A DNA stretch of 63,261 nt, counting the filler, from Octopus bimaculoides (Eukaryota): NCBI RefSeq assembly GCF_001194135.2. It is 5 parts of 5 records of this genome, joined end to end, with 100 filler letters (N's around TTAATTAATTAA, not from the genome) between each part and the next. Parts side by side here need not be neighbours in the genome. Positions count along the whole stretch, not along the records: positions 60,458 to 63,261 come from NC_068998.1; 4 more parts are not named here. One strand, written 5' to 3'. The notes under the pieces are model-generated. The model was not told the origin of the DNA and did not search any database. It was given only the letters and a program-made list of their open reading frames with translations. Within the stretch, counting starts at the first letter, position 1. The number at the start of each line of letters is the position of its first letter. Positions 62,536 through 63,261 of this stretch are shown piece by piece. The position numbers and the translations under genes were made by a program.

Positions 62536-63261
62536 GATTCATATTCGCACAGCTTTTGAGGTAATCATTTTGATAAGAAATGTAAACACAAACAATTAAA
62601 ACATCAAAAAATAATAAAAATACAACAAAAATAACGAGGGTGTTATTTTCCATTGTCTTCCTACTGTCCTAATTAAAGCCTTGATTAATGTTCGTTATTC
62701 ACAAGAAATTACTAATTAAACCGTAATTACAATAAATTTAGGGAGCGGCAAATGGGCAGCTAATCGTGTTCATTTTGTATTTTTTTTTATGTTGTTGTTG
62801 ATGTGTTGTTTTCTTCCTGCACCTATCAATTGTTTAATATTGTTGTTGTTGTTGCTGCTGCTGCTGCTGTTGTTGTTGTTGTTGTGGTTGTGGTTGTGGT
62901 TGTTTTTGCTGTTGTGGTTACTATTGCTGTTGTCAGTCTACAGCTTGACTTATCAATTTCAAGTGGCCAAAAAAAAAAAAAAAAGAAGAAATACAGCAAA
63001 GCAAACAATAAATAACAACAAACAAAACACACATATATAAAAACAAAACAAAACAAAACAAAAGAGAAAAGAAATATGGTGTTCATGAAAATACATGACA
63101 CTTTGTGTAAATATCCCTGTTTAAATCTTATCTGGAAAAAAAAAAAAAAAAAAAGGTCACCTTAATCGCAGAATATTAAATCATCGTCACAGAACTGAGA
63201 AAGTGAAACATTTGCTTATCAATTCTAGGAAAGACCACCACCACCACCACCACCACCACCG

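Overview
Animal, AT-rich, extremely repeat-dense and heavily gapped draft-assembly DNA. The SINE repertoire and microsatellite load look cephalopod (probably Octopus), which is an inference from recalled repeat families, not from a search. No complete protein-coding gene, rRNA, true tRNA or CRISPR array is supportable. Nearly all long ORFs in the track are artefacts of microsatellites or N-runs. The recognisable content is: four tRNA-headed SINE families in dozens of copies; decayed Tc1/mariner and hAT (Buster/Charlie) DNA transposons; R4/Dong-type RLE LINE 3' ends stacked in (TAA)n tracts; RTE and CR1-like relics; and Penelope-like element (PLE) remnants. The most interesting signal is a set of minimal type I hammerhead-ribozyme folds at 1357-1391 (+), 23858-23907 (-), 25135-25193 (+) and 60594-60637 (-). 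Each has an extra purine after core position 9 and a short palindromic stem III. One lies just 3' of a decayed GIY-YIG endonuclease, two lie within inverted-repeat structures, and one appears to carry a swapped G3-C8 core pair. PLE-linked hammerheads are a known class. What may be undescribed here is these particular families, the G3-C8 variant, and a related repeat family with hammerhead-like boxes in permuted order. All folds were made by eye and none is verified. Two weak candidate host exons lie at 28686-29357.
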